From assembly GCA_001600815.1 (NCBI GenBank), contig BCKZ01000004.1, positions 248,001 through 312,000 on the forward strand: a stretch of DNA of 64,000 nt, in the 5' to 3' direction. The position numbers were made by a program, and so were the translations under genes. Numbering within the stretch: position 1 is the stretch's first letter; each line of letters starts with the position of its first letter. The notes beneath the pieces are model-generated. The model had not been told where the DNA came from. It saw only the letters and a program-made list of their open reading frames with translations, and did not search any database. This document shows, piece by piece, positions 11,638-23,700 of this stretch. The stretch comes from Alloascoidea hylecoeti. Its lineage: Eukaryota.

Positions 11638-13036
11638 ATGTGTGCCTCCGAAACCCGCAAGCCTTCCATTGTCTCTGACCTTGTGGTGCTGAAAAGCGGT
11701 TGGCTAAGCAAGCGTGGCAAGAGAAAGGTATGTTTACCCACCAAAACACAACAGAAATGTAGAGTTTGAAATCCTAACGAGCCCCTGTGCCTTGATTTTA
11801 TAGACATGGGCGAAACGATGGTTTGTTTTGAGAGCTAATCAACTCACTTATTATAAAGATGAAAAGGTACTTATATTATCCTATACTATTAATTATTTAT
11901 TGTTGTGGAAACTAATCTGCAATTAAAAGGAGTATCAAGTTCATAACATAATCCCAACCCCCGAAATAATGTCTGTTGCAATTATTCCTGATAGGCATAA
12001 AAATCATTTTGCTATATTTACAAGTAATAAAACATACCATTTAAAAGCTGCTTCAAATAATGAAGTATCTGACTGGATTAAAATTTTAAAAAGCCTTATT
12101 GATATTGATTTTGAAACAAATATTATTAATAATAATAGTATTAATAATCCGAACAGACAAAGTTTCACAGATGAATCTGATGAGATTGATAATGATGATA
12201 ATTACGATGCCTATGATGATAATGTTAATAGACAAATTTCAAGAGATAGTTATCAATCAGAATCTGTAATCAGTAAATATGCTTCAAACTCAATTTCAAT
12301 TAATGATCCATCGAAACAACGGAAAGTTTCAAGACCAAAAAGTATACCTTCTTCTCCAAATTCTGATAGTAATAGCTTATCTTTACCAGTATTAAATACA
12401 AATTTCAGAAATTCGACTTCAAGTATGAATACACAGTCGACGTCTAAGCAGTCTCGGACTCAACAGCAACAACAACCAACTTCTTCAACGGTCAATAGTA
12501 ACAAAAATCGTCGGAATAAAACAGCAAATGCAGTCACCACGCCAATTTTACGTAGTAATCCTTCAGGTGATAACTCAACATCACGAGAGAATATTAACGA
12601 AGGTTCACGGGTATTTCCACCCCCACCAAATATTTATGATTATTCAGGTGATGAAACTGGTTTTACATCAGGTGCTTCTGATTCTATTAATCCATCTCAG
12701 CCAATTTATACTTTACCGCCAATTAACGATATTACTGAAAATGAAGATGATAATAATCTTACTATTAAAGTGAACAATAACACAAAACAAAACCCGAAAG
12801 ATAATAACGAACAAAATAAAAATAAATCTTCAGAAAACACGCAAGATTCTTCACAATTACCAATTCCAAAAGTTATTAAAAGACCGGTTACTTATATTGG
12901 CACAGAACAAGTTATTGAGACTGGATGTTTATTACGACTTCGTAAAAGGTATAATCAATGGAGAAAATTTTATATTGTTTTAACTGATCAAAGATTATGT
13001 TTTTATAAATCACCATCTTCAACATCCACAGCATCA

Positions 13037-13080
<44 letters not shown>

Positions 13081-13390
13081 TAATGAAATTTTTAATGTTA
13101 ATGATATAATATTTAAAATGGTTCCAGATAAAATAATAAAAATTGGAGATTTAATTGATGCAGTTGAAATTGATTCATTATCATCAACAAAAAATTACTG
13201 TATGTTAATTATAACACCTTTAAAAAGAATTAGATTTTGTGCTTCAAATGAAGAAGATTTAACTAAATGGTTAGTTGCAATTAAAAGATGCATTTTAAAT
13301 TATTCAAAACAAAAAGATGATGAACGGAATTTAAATCAAAATAAGAGGAGGCAGAGTTCTAATAATAATAGTACTGCTATTACGGCATAA
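11638..13390 (+). CDS. OPY1: Tandem PH-domain protein (Opy1-like)
   Basis: Exons 11638-11727, 11804-11866, 11930-13390 give PH1 [37 protein letters not shown]...WIKIL and PH2 ETGCLLRLRKRYNQWRKFYIVLT...LTKWLVAIK, separated by a low-complexity linker. Confidence 0.8.
13037..13075 (+). repeat. (AAT)13 microsatellite encoding poly-Asn inside PH2
   Basis: Read directly from the sequence. Confidence 0.95.
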
Positions 13391-13771
13391 AAGATTTACT
13401 TTAAGAGTAATAAATAGAAGAAAAAATTTCTGAAGAAATATCAAGCTATATTTATTATTCTTTTTGATTGTTAATGAATTAAGTTGCAAATTTGTATGAC
13501 TTTAACTATGTTTTTGTGTTTTGTGTTTATGCTTGTTTTTTATTTCTCTATATTTGTTGTTTCCATATAAATCACATCATATTAAATATATATTTCACAT
13601 TTTACTTTCCTTTTTATACTTAAAAAATTTATTTTGCTCTATTATGTTTTATATAAGGCTACAATTAATAACTAAGAAATTTTCAACTCATTTGTAAAAA
13701 TGGTTGAACTGCAAATGAATATTCCTGCGTATTTACTGGACTGAGATGCGTAACTAGTATCACAAGAATGG

Positions 13772-13777
13772 CACGTG
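13772..13777. promoter_or_regulatory. CACGTG E-box upstream of YND1
   Basis: About 70 bp upstream of the ATG at 13845. Confidence 0.35.
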
Positions 13778-13844
13778 CATATGGATATTTCATTTATAAC
13801 AAATCATCAATATTCTAAATTTAAACCTGGTACCTGTTTATAAA

Positions 13845-14105
13845 ATGCCAAAGGAAGGCGTTGTTTATTACGATGAAGATGGTAAAGTTCCATATGATTA
13901 TATAGCTATTATCGATGCAGGATCAAGTGGTTCTCGAATCTATATCTATAATTGGCCTGAAAAAACCGTCAAACCTAAGCTATTAGGATTGCGGGATGCT
14001 CATGGTGACGATGATGATGATGATGATGATGATGACGACAACGATGATGAAGATGAAGATGAAAATGAAGATGAAGGTGAAAATCATAGTGATAGTGATG
14101 ATAAA

Positions 14106-14155
<50 letters not shown>

Positions 14156-15986
14156 TCACAATACGAAATATGATAGCAAAGAAAAAGGCGATGATAAGAA
14201 TGATGATTCAAAAGCTTCCTCAACAACAGACACAACAAAACTTCCAAAGGTGAAAACAAACAAAGAATGGCATAAAAAAATACATCCAGGAATATCATCA
14301 TTTGAGGAATCACCGAATAAAGTAGGTAAAAAACATTTAAAAAAACTTATCGAATATGCTTCAGAGATTATTCCTAAATCTCAAATCCATAGAACTCCAA
14401 TTTTTTTACATGCTACAGCTGGAATGCGATTATTAAGACCAGATAAACAGGAGAAAATTTTAAATGAAGCTTGTGAATACATTCGAGAAAAATCAAGATT
14501 TTACTTACCTGATTGTAAATCTCATGTTAATACCATTGATGGTGATTTAGAAGGAATTTATGGTTGGATATCTTTGAATTATTTACTAGGCGCTCTTGAC
14601 GAGCCTTCATTCCACCAGCATGGGAAAGATCATAATACATATGGTTTATTGGATATGGGTGGGGCATCAACTCAAGTGGTCTTTCAACCAAATTCAACTG
14701 AGTCTAAAGAACACGACGATGATTTATATCTCATAAAACTGATAACTTCTGGAGAAAAAGAACTTAGTTGGAAAACATTTTCTACAACATTTTTAGGTTA
14801 TGGAATGAATGAAGCAAGAACGAAATATGTGAAAACGTTAAAAAATGGAGATGATCCATGCCTTAATAGTGGTCAAACCATTAAATCAGGGGATCAAGAA
14901 CTTAAAGGTACTGGTAATTATACTCAGTGCGTTGAAACCATTCAGCCTTTGATAGCTGAAGAAGCAAATAGCGAAAATTGTCAATTGAATTCAAAAGAAC
15001 CCGCCTCATGTTTATTAAGTTCTTCTATGCCTTCTTTTGACTTTGATGTAGATAGATTTGTTGGTGTTAGTGGATATTGGGATATAACTAATGGCTTTTC
15101 AACCCCAAGTGATAGTAATGATGATTATGAAGCAGCATATAATGCTTATGATTACGCCTCTTTCGAAAAACAAATTAAAACATTTTGTGAAACTTCTTGG
15201 GATGATTTAAAAAAAAAGGAGAATGTTTTGAAATTTAAAAACATTAAAAAGGATGATTTGAAAGAAGCATGTTTCAGAGCAAATTGGGTAACCTCTATTT
15301 TACATAAAGGTCTAGGCTTCCCAATTTATGGACTTCATGAAGGCAATAACACAACAATTACAAGTTTAAATGATAATGATACTTTTTCAGATCCATTTCA
15401 AGCAATTGAATCTATTAATGGTTCTGATTTTTCTTGGACATTAGGTAGAGCTGTATTATATGCTTCAAGTGAAATATCTAATTCAGCAAAAGATACTGTT
15501 TCTATAACAAAAGGTGCAACAAACTATATTGGCGGTGAAATTCAAGATTATAAACGACCTATATTTACAGAAGATTACAGTAAAATAGATGATGAACATG
15601 AACGTGAACATTGGAAAGATTATCAAGAGACTCATAAGCATAGATTATATGGTTCAATTGTTTTTCTTATTATTATTAGCATAATAACTTACCTTATGCT
15701 TGGCAAAACTAAGAGATCACAAATTTGGGAAACTTTAAAAAATCCAAGATTTAGATACAACAATGTGAATCTAAATAACGGAACAACCCGAAGACAAAGT
15801 GGTATGTTTAGTAATTTAATTGGCTATTTGAGCGGAGGTAGGAATCCACAAAGATATCAACATGTTGATGAAAATGATGAATTGAACGATCTAGAGAATG
15901 GAATGGAACTCCGAACAATGAGGGGGGTTGATGCTGATCAATTTAGTATCAGCAGTGATGAAGAATCCGAAGTTATCAGGGTATAA
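13845..15986 (+). CDS. YND1: Golgi apyrase (GDA1/CD39 NTPDase family)
   Basis: Apyrase conserved regions IDAGSSGSR, ATAGMRLL, EGIYGW, DMGGASTQ and SWTLG; a single C-terminal TM plus cytosolic tail (Ynd1 topology, not Gda1). Confidence 0.92.
14007..14156 (+). repeat. (GAT)n/(GACGAT)n coding repeat producing a ~50-residue Asp/Glu tract
   Basis: Read directly from the sequence; lies within YND1. Confidence 0.9.
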
Positions 15987-18900
15987 AATTATCAAAAGTT
16001 TCTAAGTTAGTTATATTTATGGCCGTTGTGTCATATGTTATATGCATCTAAATATAGCTTCTAGTGCAGTATGAAATATACTGCGAACAGGGTAATTATT
16101 CTTCCGTACAACTAGTGGTAAAAAATTACAATTTATAAGTTGTTGTAGCCTTGAACCCAAAATCTTGTTTTAAAAATTTGTAAAATGTTAAAAGAATAGA
16201 AACAAGCAGGACCTTGCAATTGTAGTCGAAGCCTGAAACTTAAACGAGCACCTGGGTGATTACCAGTTTCATCATCTCCGGTTCTTTTATGACCCAGAAT
16301 GTGACACGGAGAAGACAATGAAGTTTTTCGGAACTAGGTACTGTATCTGATTGTTTTAATTCAGCTCGAGGCAAGAAGAACAATTTGTAATCATTTACGC
16401 CATAATTAATGCTCTCGAATTTACATAAAGTTTTATTACCAGTAGATAACTACGAGTTGAATTTTTTGCAGTTGTATGGAGTAAAGAGATCTAGAGAACC
16501 CTTGTCTTAAAACGGCCCACAATTATAATTAGTTATCCGTTTCTAACAGTTTAGAAAAAAATTGCATTATATTGTACCCTCGGTCTCAAAAACTTAATAT
16601 TAACATTAATATTATTCGATCGCGATGTGAATTTCGGATTTCTATAGATAATTAATTATACGCCGTGGAAGAATTGAAAAAAGCCAAACGTGTATTTATA
16701 TTTAATTATTCCAATTGCAATTGTGAATTACTTTTTTCTAAGCGCATTCATATTTGCAATTGGAGTCAATTTCAACAATTGTTGGGCCATTTAGCTAAAA
16801 TAGATTTATTGATATTCAAGCTATTAAAGGCGACTTTTAAAATTTTTGTAAAAAAAGGATTAATTTTTACAATTCTTTTAAACTTGCAGTTTGTAATTGC
16901 ACATTATGCAATATATATTATATTTTGAAATAATGCTGCAAAAGCCTGCAATGTGTGTTATTAAACTCCATTTATATTTATATTTATTCTCTTTACGATC
17001 GAAAAACTCTTCATCAGATCTAGCGCTGTAACTAGCTAAAGAATTCGAAGCACATTAGTATACTTTTTATCTAAAATAGAATATATAATTTACCACTTAA
17101 TACTAGTTTATTGGTTAATTTTTTAATTGATGGGGAACGTAAAGTTAAAAAACAAACGACCACGAAAACGCAAAAACGGAAGTAATAAATTTCATATCTA
17201 TATAAATACATGTTTTTATCTTATATACAATTGCAATTGCCAATTGATTTTTTTTTTGGATGTCCTGTCATTTCATTTGTGATGATCGTTCTAGACGCAA
17301 TGATATAACCTAGATAATCAGCTATATAAATATATTATAGCCTACTCATAATGCTTCTTAAGCTCAGTAATATAAATTTATATACGGGCTGACTATCATC
17401 TGCATAATAATAATATTAAGCGCACCGAATAACGCAGACTCCCGACCCTGCGGCCGCAGACATTTTCGAAAGTTTAAAAAAGTGCTTATCGTAATTATAA
17501 GTTACATGATTAGAATCGATATCCAAATAGTAAGTAACTAGAATTGCAATTGTGGCTCTTACCTAATTATAATGATTTTTTTAGTCACATTGCAATTAGC
17601 GACTCAATTTCTGTCTAGTTACAAAGAACACGTCGCGTCCATTGCAAATTCTAAAACTACTGGTAAATTTATTTGATGTATCGGAATTGAAATTGCACAT
17701 GATGCTGATACATGCTGACTCCAGCTCTAGATCACAAAATCTTATGATGGGGGTCTGCACGCCTTCACACTTTACAATGATATATGCCTACCTGTATAAT
17801 TTCTTAATCCATTGCAATTGAACCCGCCTCATCAAAAGGACTGAGGGGGATACCCACATAGTTTATATTTTTATCCTTTTTTTTTAATTTTAACCAACTC
17901 ATTTACGCGTAGGATGCAATTGACAACATGTAATACGATACGAACACCAATTTATCTTTAAGTTTTACACAGATGAAGGGCAATGGTCACTTAAGAGAAT
18001 AGAAGAGGAGCATAGACTAGAACATTACATGTCACATATGTACCCCTGAGCATATATATTTATACAATTCTTTCCATGGAGTATGATATCATGATTCATT
18101 ACTTTAATAAATTATATGGAATGAAGACGTGTACAGCTGTGTATTTGATTTCTCAGATATTACCTGTATACAACCTTTTATTAAATTTCTTTTTTTGCAA
18201 TCGGATATAAGTTATCGTTTAGCGCTGTCTAACAGTGTAGCAGTTAATCTTTAATCTTATTGGTATTAAGTAATGAGAAATTGTTGGGAACGGTTATCCT
18301 TCCTGAAGATCGAGCCATTCAAAATAGTTGTATTCAAGGCTAGCTTCGACCTTGATAAGAATTTATGTGTCATACGTTATATAATTACAGTGAGGTAGAA
18401 GACATTTAAGCGTAAAACATCGGATAACAAGAAACTGATTAAATGCAACTTATAGCAGCATATGCGGGAACTATAACTCTTTTCAGGTTGCACTTCCAGT
18501 CTTTCTTAGCAGTTGTAGTATTCTGAACCTTAATTACAAGGACGACAAAATATATCACTTCACCCTCAAAAATGGGCCATGGCCAGACTATGATTAAGCA
18601 TTGAAGGTGCTGCCTGAGTTTGTATGGCACAATTGATGAACCATGAACTACACTCCGGGTTTCAAGATGGTTGGTAGTGAGACTGAAGATATTTAATAGA
18701 ATATAAAAGAGACGGCCCTGGCTGCCAGTCACGAGGCAACTGGCCGCCATGGCCACCTACTGTGGGGCAGTATGTTCTTCATTCCAGCCACAGATGATAG
18801 GTTGTAGCTGAGTTGAGGCTCGAAAGTAATCGAAGGGACCAAAAGGCTCACAATCGTATTGGAAGCCAATCTTTGCGATCCGAATTAATCGAATATTAAT

Positions 18901-19444
18901 CGTGGGTGGGCTGTATGTTTTATCGAAAGATGTGTGACCTCCTGGACTTCTGCAGACACTGCATATGCATCTAACGTTCTTGCATCGTACCGTATCCGGT
19001 GCGCTGACGTTGCCAGTCCGGCTCCGCGCTCCGACTCCGCGGCCTCGGTAGTAAACTCCCATATTCTCGGATGCGCTGAGAGTTCGAGCGGGCGATTACG
19101 GGGATTCGGAAGTTCGCGCAAAAGGCTCGGCCCATTTAGGTTTAGGTGATGCAACCTTAAAAAGTTTTTCTGGATCAAAATTTTAATTATATTTTTTTTG
19201 CATTTTCGCAGGAAGCGTAAATTTAATTTAATTTTTAATATTAGAGTGAGTCTCAGGCTTTTTATGGATATAAACACCCTTTTGTCCTCATTTTTTTTTG
19301 CTTTCTTTTTTTCTTCCTCTTCCTCTTCTTAACTTTTTTCTTTCTATTTTACTCATTCGTCTCTGTCTTTTAAATATCCAATTCATTATATAATTTGACT
19401 CATTTACACTAAATTAGAATTGTTAGGTACCAATCAGTATTATA

Positions 19445-20701
19445 ATGTCATTTTCAACACTCAAGTCGAGTGAATTCAATTGTTTAAACCAGGAATCCTT
19501 AGCAAATTCTTTACAATCAACTTTCAAGCATAACAAGACACATAAACCAAGTAGCTCAATAATGTCAATCCCTTCACCTCCTCTATCTCCTTACCAACTT
19601 CACGAGCGGTTATACACCCCTGCTGCCTCTTGTTCCTCCGCAGCTTCTTCTCCAGCTTTGGTAGAAAACAATCGTACAAACAACTATCATGACAATTTAT
19701 ACTGCTATACACCGGCTCCATTCGAGGATAGTGATAAGGAGAGCAGCATCCCTACAATTGCAGTTGCAGAAGACAAGAATGCTAATAATAAGCGTTCTGC
19801 CTCGGTTGTCTTGGAACCTGAGACACCACAAAAAAAAATGAAGATTGATGATGCTCTTGCGCCATCAAGTCACACATCCGACTTGTGCATGAACTTTAAA
19901 AAAAATATTCAAAGCTTCCCCATTATAAACCATCGTGGTGTTTCTATGGTAATTTCTCCTTGGGCTGGTTTTAATAAGGATCCCAAAGGTTTTAAAAGAA
20001 CTCAATTTCATATTTTGGACCTTTATGTCCAGCAGCAAGGTAGTAAAAATAATGTTTGGGATCGTACAGGAAACAACAACAAGCGTGTCACCAGAAAGGC
20101 AACAAATAGAGATAAGGATTGCTTTGATTCCAATTCCAAAAATAGCACAAACAGTTTTGAAGGAAGAACACGGTCATCCAAAAAGGACAATGCCGCCAAT
20201 TCCAGTGGTTATGACACGCCTTCTGAGAACGAAAAGCCTATACGCAGAACTCCTACCAAACCTACTGTTCACAAACCTCGATCGCACACATCCACTGTTA
20301 ATGCATCTTCTAGCAACACTGGAGTCGCTAAGGTCCATGATGCTGCTTACGGTCAATTGGTAGATTATTCCCCCGCTACTTCAACACTTGCAAATAACAA
20401 ATCTCTTAAAACAGAATGGAAGGGGTGTCCAATGGATTTGTCATCAGACCCATTGGTTAATCAATTGCATCCAGCAGAAGCTTTATTAGCCTCCACTCTA
20501 CGATTACCTTGTGACGTTTACTTAGACAGTAAGAGAAGACTGTTTGCCGAAAAGGTTAGAAAATTAAAGAGTGGTCTACCATTTAGAAGAACAGATGCAC
20601 AAAAGGCTTGTCGCATTGATGTCAACAAAGCTTCCAGACTTTTTGCTTCTTTTGAAAAAGTCGGATGGTTAAAAGATGGAAATTTTACAAAGTATCTTTA
20701 A
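19445..20701 (+). CDS. FUN19: SWIRM-domain protein (Fun19/Yor338w-like)
   Basis: N-terminal PSPPLSP; C-terminal WKGCPMDLSSDPLVNQLHPAE..LASTLRLPCDVYLDSKRRLF..FRRTDAQKACRIDVNKASRLF..FEKVGWL. Confidence 0.88.
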   Translation: MSFSTLKSSEFNCLNQESLANSLQSTFKHNKTHKPSSSIMSIPSPPLSPYQLHERLYTPAASCSSAASSPALVENNRTNNYHDNLYCYTPAPFEDSDKESSIPTIAVAEDKNANNKRSASVVLEPETPQKKMKIDDALAPSSHTSDLCMNFKKNIQSFPIINHRGVSMVISPWAGFNKDPKGFKRTQFHILDLYVQQQGSKNNVWDRTGNNNKRVTRKATNRDKDCFDSNSKNSTNSFEGRTRSSKKDNAANSSGYDTPSENEKPIRRTPTKPTVHKPRSHTSTVNASSSNTGVAKVHDAAYGQLVDYSPATSTLANNKSLKTEWKGCPMDLSSDPLVNQLHPAEALLASTLRLPCDVYLDSKRRLFAEKVRKLKSGLPFRRTDAQKACRIDVNKASRLFASFEKVGWLKDGNFTKYL

Positions 20702-23700
20702 GAAATACTTGCTTTTTCGCATTGTTGGTTTTATTATTATGATTATTATTGTTTACTATTTTTATTATTATTACTAATCTTTTTTTATTAATTGTTGAGT
20801 TGGTTGGATTGTTTGTTTATTTATATCACAGGCTAATTTTTTTTTTTTTCTATCGTTGATATTGCCATTACTGATATTGTGTCTTTTATGAAAGAGGTTT
20901 ATAAAAAAAAAAAAACGAAAGAGTATTTGGAAACTATTATCAGACAACACATTTTAAGTACAGGAACGTTTCGGAAGTCATTGGGTTCATATTTTTTTGG
21001 AAAACAAAGCATTATATTATTATCGCGTTTATTCAATTCAATTGGGGAGAAAAGGTATCATTAGAAACTTGTGTTTGGGGGACTTTTTTAAATTAATATT
21101 TCATTTAATTTTTTTTTTATATATATATTTTTTATTTAATCCCTCTCCTCTTATCAAATCTTTATGAACACTGTTTATTTTTATTGCTATCATATTATAT
21201 CATTATTACGTATACCTAAATATTTGGGTTTTACTTATTTGCATTGAAAACTTATCCGTTCCTTTTTTTTTTTTATAACTTGACACAGAAGTATTACTGC
21301 TTTCGGTTATCTTTGGGATATTATAACTAATTTAATTTTGACTTTTCATAATAAAATAATAATTAATTGTTTTATTATATTAATTTTTTTCTCAATCTCT
21401 TTATTAATTTTAAATTATTGTTTTTAGCATTGTCTTTAACGTTATAACGTTATATTATCTATTTGTTTGTTTATTTGTTATAATTATTAATATTAGCTAC
21501 ACTGAATTGTATTATTAAATTTTTATTTAAAGAAGAAGCAAAAAAAAAAAAAATTGTTGGAGAATTAATTAATATACATAGCAATTGAGATTAATATGAA
21601 AAGTAAATCTTTTTAATTTAAATGTAAAACATGGGTAATAAATAGTAGTTATATTAGCTAGTAGTTATCACAATTGCAAATTTTGGGATTACAACTCACA
21701 ATTTGTAGTAACTAATTAACTAGCTTGCACTAGCAGTTTTTCTTTTGAAAAAAAGAATTTAATCAATTAATGAAGGTCATCATTTGAATATCGATGGTTT
21801 GCAATTGGATTGATCCTAACCACTAATAATCGTCTTATTTAACTGCTAGCTGCAAGAATTTCGACTTAACCCACAAACCCTCAAAATATGTGTGAATATT
21901 ATATTCCTTTTCCCCAGATTACTATTATTTCTGCGTAAAACTAATTTTTTTTTAGTTTTTATCTGCTTTGTTTTTCGATTGCGATAAAGCAGATAATTAA
22001 AATTCGATGATCGGCACTGAGCCTCAAGTTCCTCAACTATAGACAAATGATTCGCAGGAGATCATCGAATTGTAAAACGGCCAAATCTTAAAGAAGAGTA
22101 ATGTTTAATAATTTTAAAAATTGAATCCGAATCTTTTACAAAAGTGGGAATATTCGAATGTTAAATTGTTAATCATCATCAAATAAAATATGTCATATCA
22201 ATTAATTATAAGCTGTAATAGTGTTACATTCTTTCCTTTAAATTTGTTTGAAGAAATGAACGAGTATCAATTACGTCAATGATCACTCGTTTCACCAGTA
22301 CTCTTTAATGTTTTTGGGAATTGGGATAATTATAACCATTAACTAATGTTCATGATCAATATTTCAGATGATCAATTGAAAATACGCAAAAGTTATGCCA
22401 TTAGATAATACAGATTTTTAAAATTGGATATTATTTGGGCCCTCATTTCCGGTCGGATGACATAATTGCAACTACAAAGTTTACAATTGAAACTAATTAT
22501 AATAAATCGAACAAGTATAACATGTTATATTGATAAAGAAATATTCGGATATAAAATTTTCCTAAAATAGGTTATCTGTATTATGGAGGCATGGCATTAT
22601 TTAAAGGTTATAAGGCCTTATATGTTATGTATATGACCATAGAAAAAGAAAACATAATTGAGCTTGTTCAATAGTTACCAGATTATAATACCATAGGACC
22701 AATTAATATGCTTTTAGTCATCCAATTAGACTTCAGATGTTGAGTAGTGGGCCGGTGCGGAAAGGTTAAGGCGATAAGATTCATATGAATGGTTCCCTGG
22801 TTTCTTGGATATAGAATTTGCTTATAATTAGAAAAATCATCTTTTTTAAATAATTATATAATTCAGCTTTTAATTGAAAACGCCACTTCTTAAACCACGT
22901 AGTAGAGCAACAATTCACACTGTAGAAAGATCTAGAGGTTCTCTTCTTAAAATTTTTTTTACTACTCACAAATATTTCCGAATAGTGCGAATTGCAATTG
23001 CAATTGTAATCGATATCGGGAACACTGGTAAGTTTCAATCAATTTTAAAATTTGGATCATAATCCCAATTTCCGCTATAAACGAAGAGCATGACTCATAA
23101 TGATAAGTTGATTATTCCATGCATCATATATAGTCTTTTTAAGATAGATGCTAACTACAATTGCTATAAAAAAGGCCGGATATACATATTAGTCACGATC
23201 AATATATATTAAGCTTAAGTATTATAAATAGATATAAGTTATAGTAGCTAATTATAACTATCTATAATTATAAATGATATAATCTTTTTTCGGCTTACAA
23301 TTGCAAATGCTACGAGGATATTAATGTAATTGGTAAATTTAGAATTGCAATTGAAAAAAATATTGCAAACGAATAATTATGGATAGGGCTCTTTTTATTT
23401 TGTGGCATTGCAGAACCTTATTGAATTTCTCTGAGAATTAATGTTTTAAGGCAGTTATTACTGCATGATCATATATGCACATGATAAGAACAAGTTTTGT
23501 GAAAAGGTATGCCAGCCTAATTGCCTATAAGTATAATCCTATAGTGCAATTGAGCGTCTGATGTTTATTGCTTTCAATTTATGTGTCTTAATCTGCATCG
23601 CCGTCATGATACATCGCCAATTAATTATGTATCGGCTGGAGATCGCGAATAATGTTTCATTGTGGCTATTGATCGCTAAGATCGATGAGATGACCTTTAA

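Noticed and set aside
13975..14313. His/Arg-rich and Met/Thr-rich ORFs overlapping YND1
   Set aside because: Shadow frames of the (GAT)n/(GACGAT)n repeat.
17506..17599. Intron-like GTAAGT..CCTAAT..TTTTTTAG after an ATG
   Set aside because: The spliced product is only 12 codons with no similarity to anything I recognise.
19135..19146. TTTAGGTTTAGG telomere-like repeat
   Set aside because: Only two units, at an internal position.
18439..19277. Three 100-130 aa minus-strand ORFs
   Set aside because: No recognisable protein features; they coincide with a GC-rich promoter island where stops are rarer.
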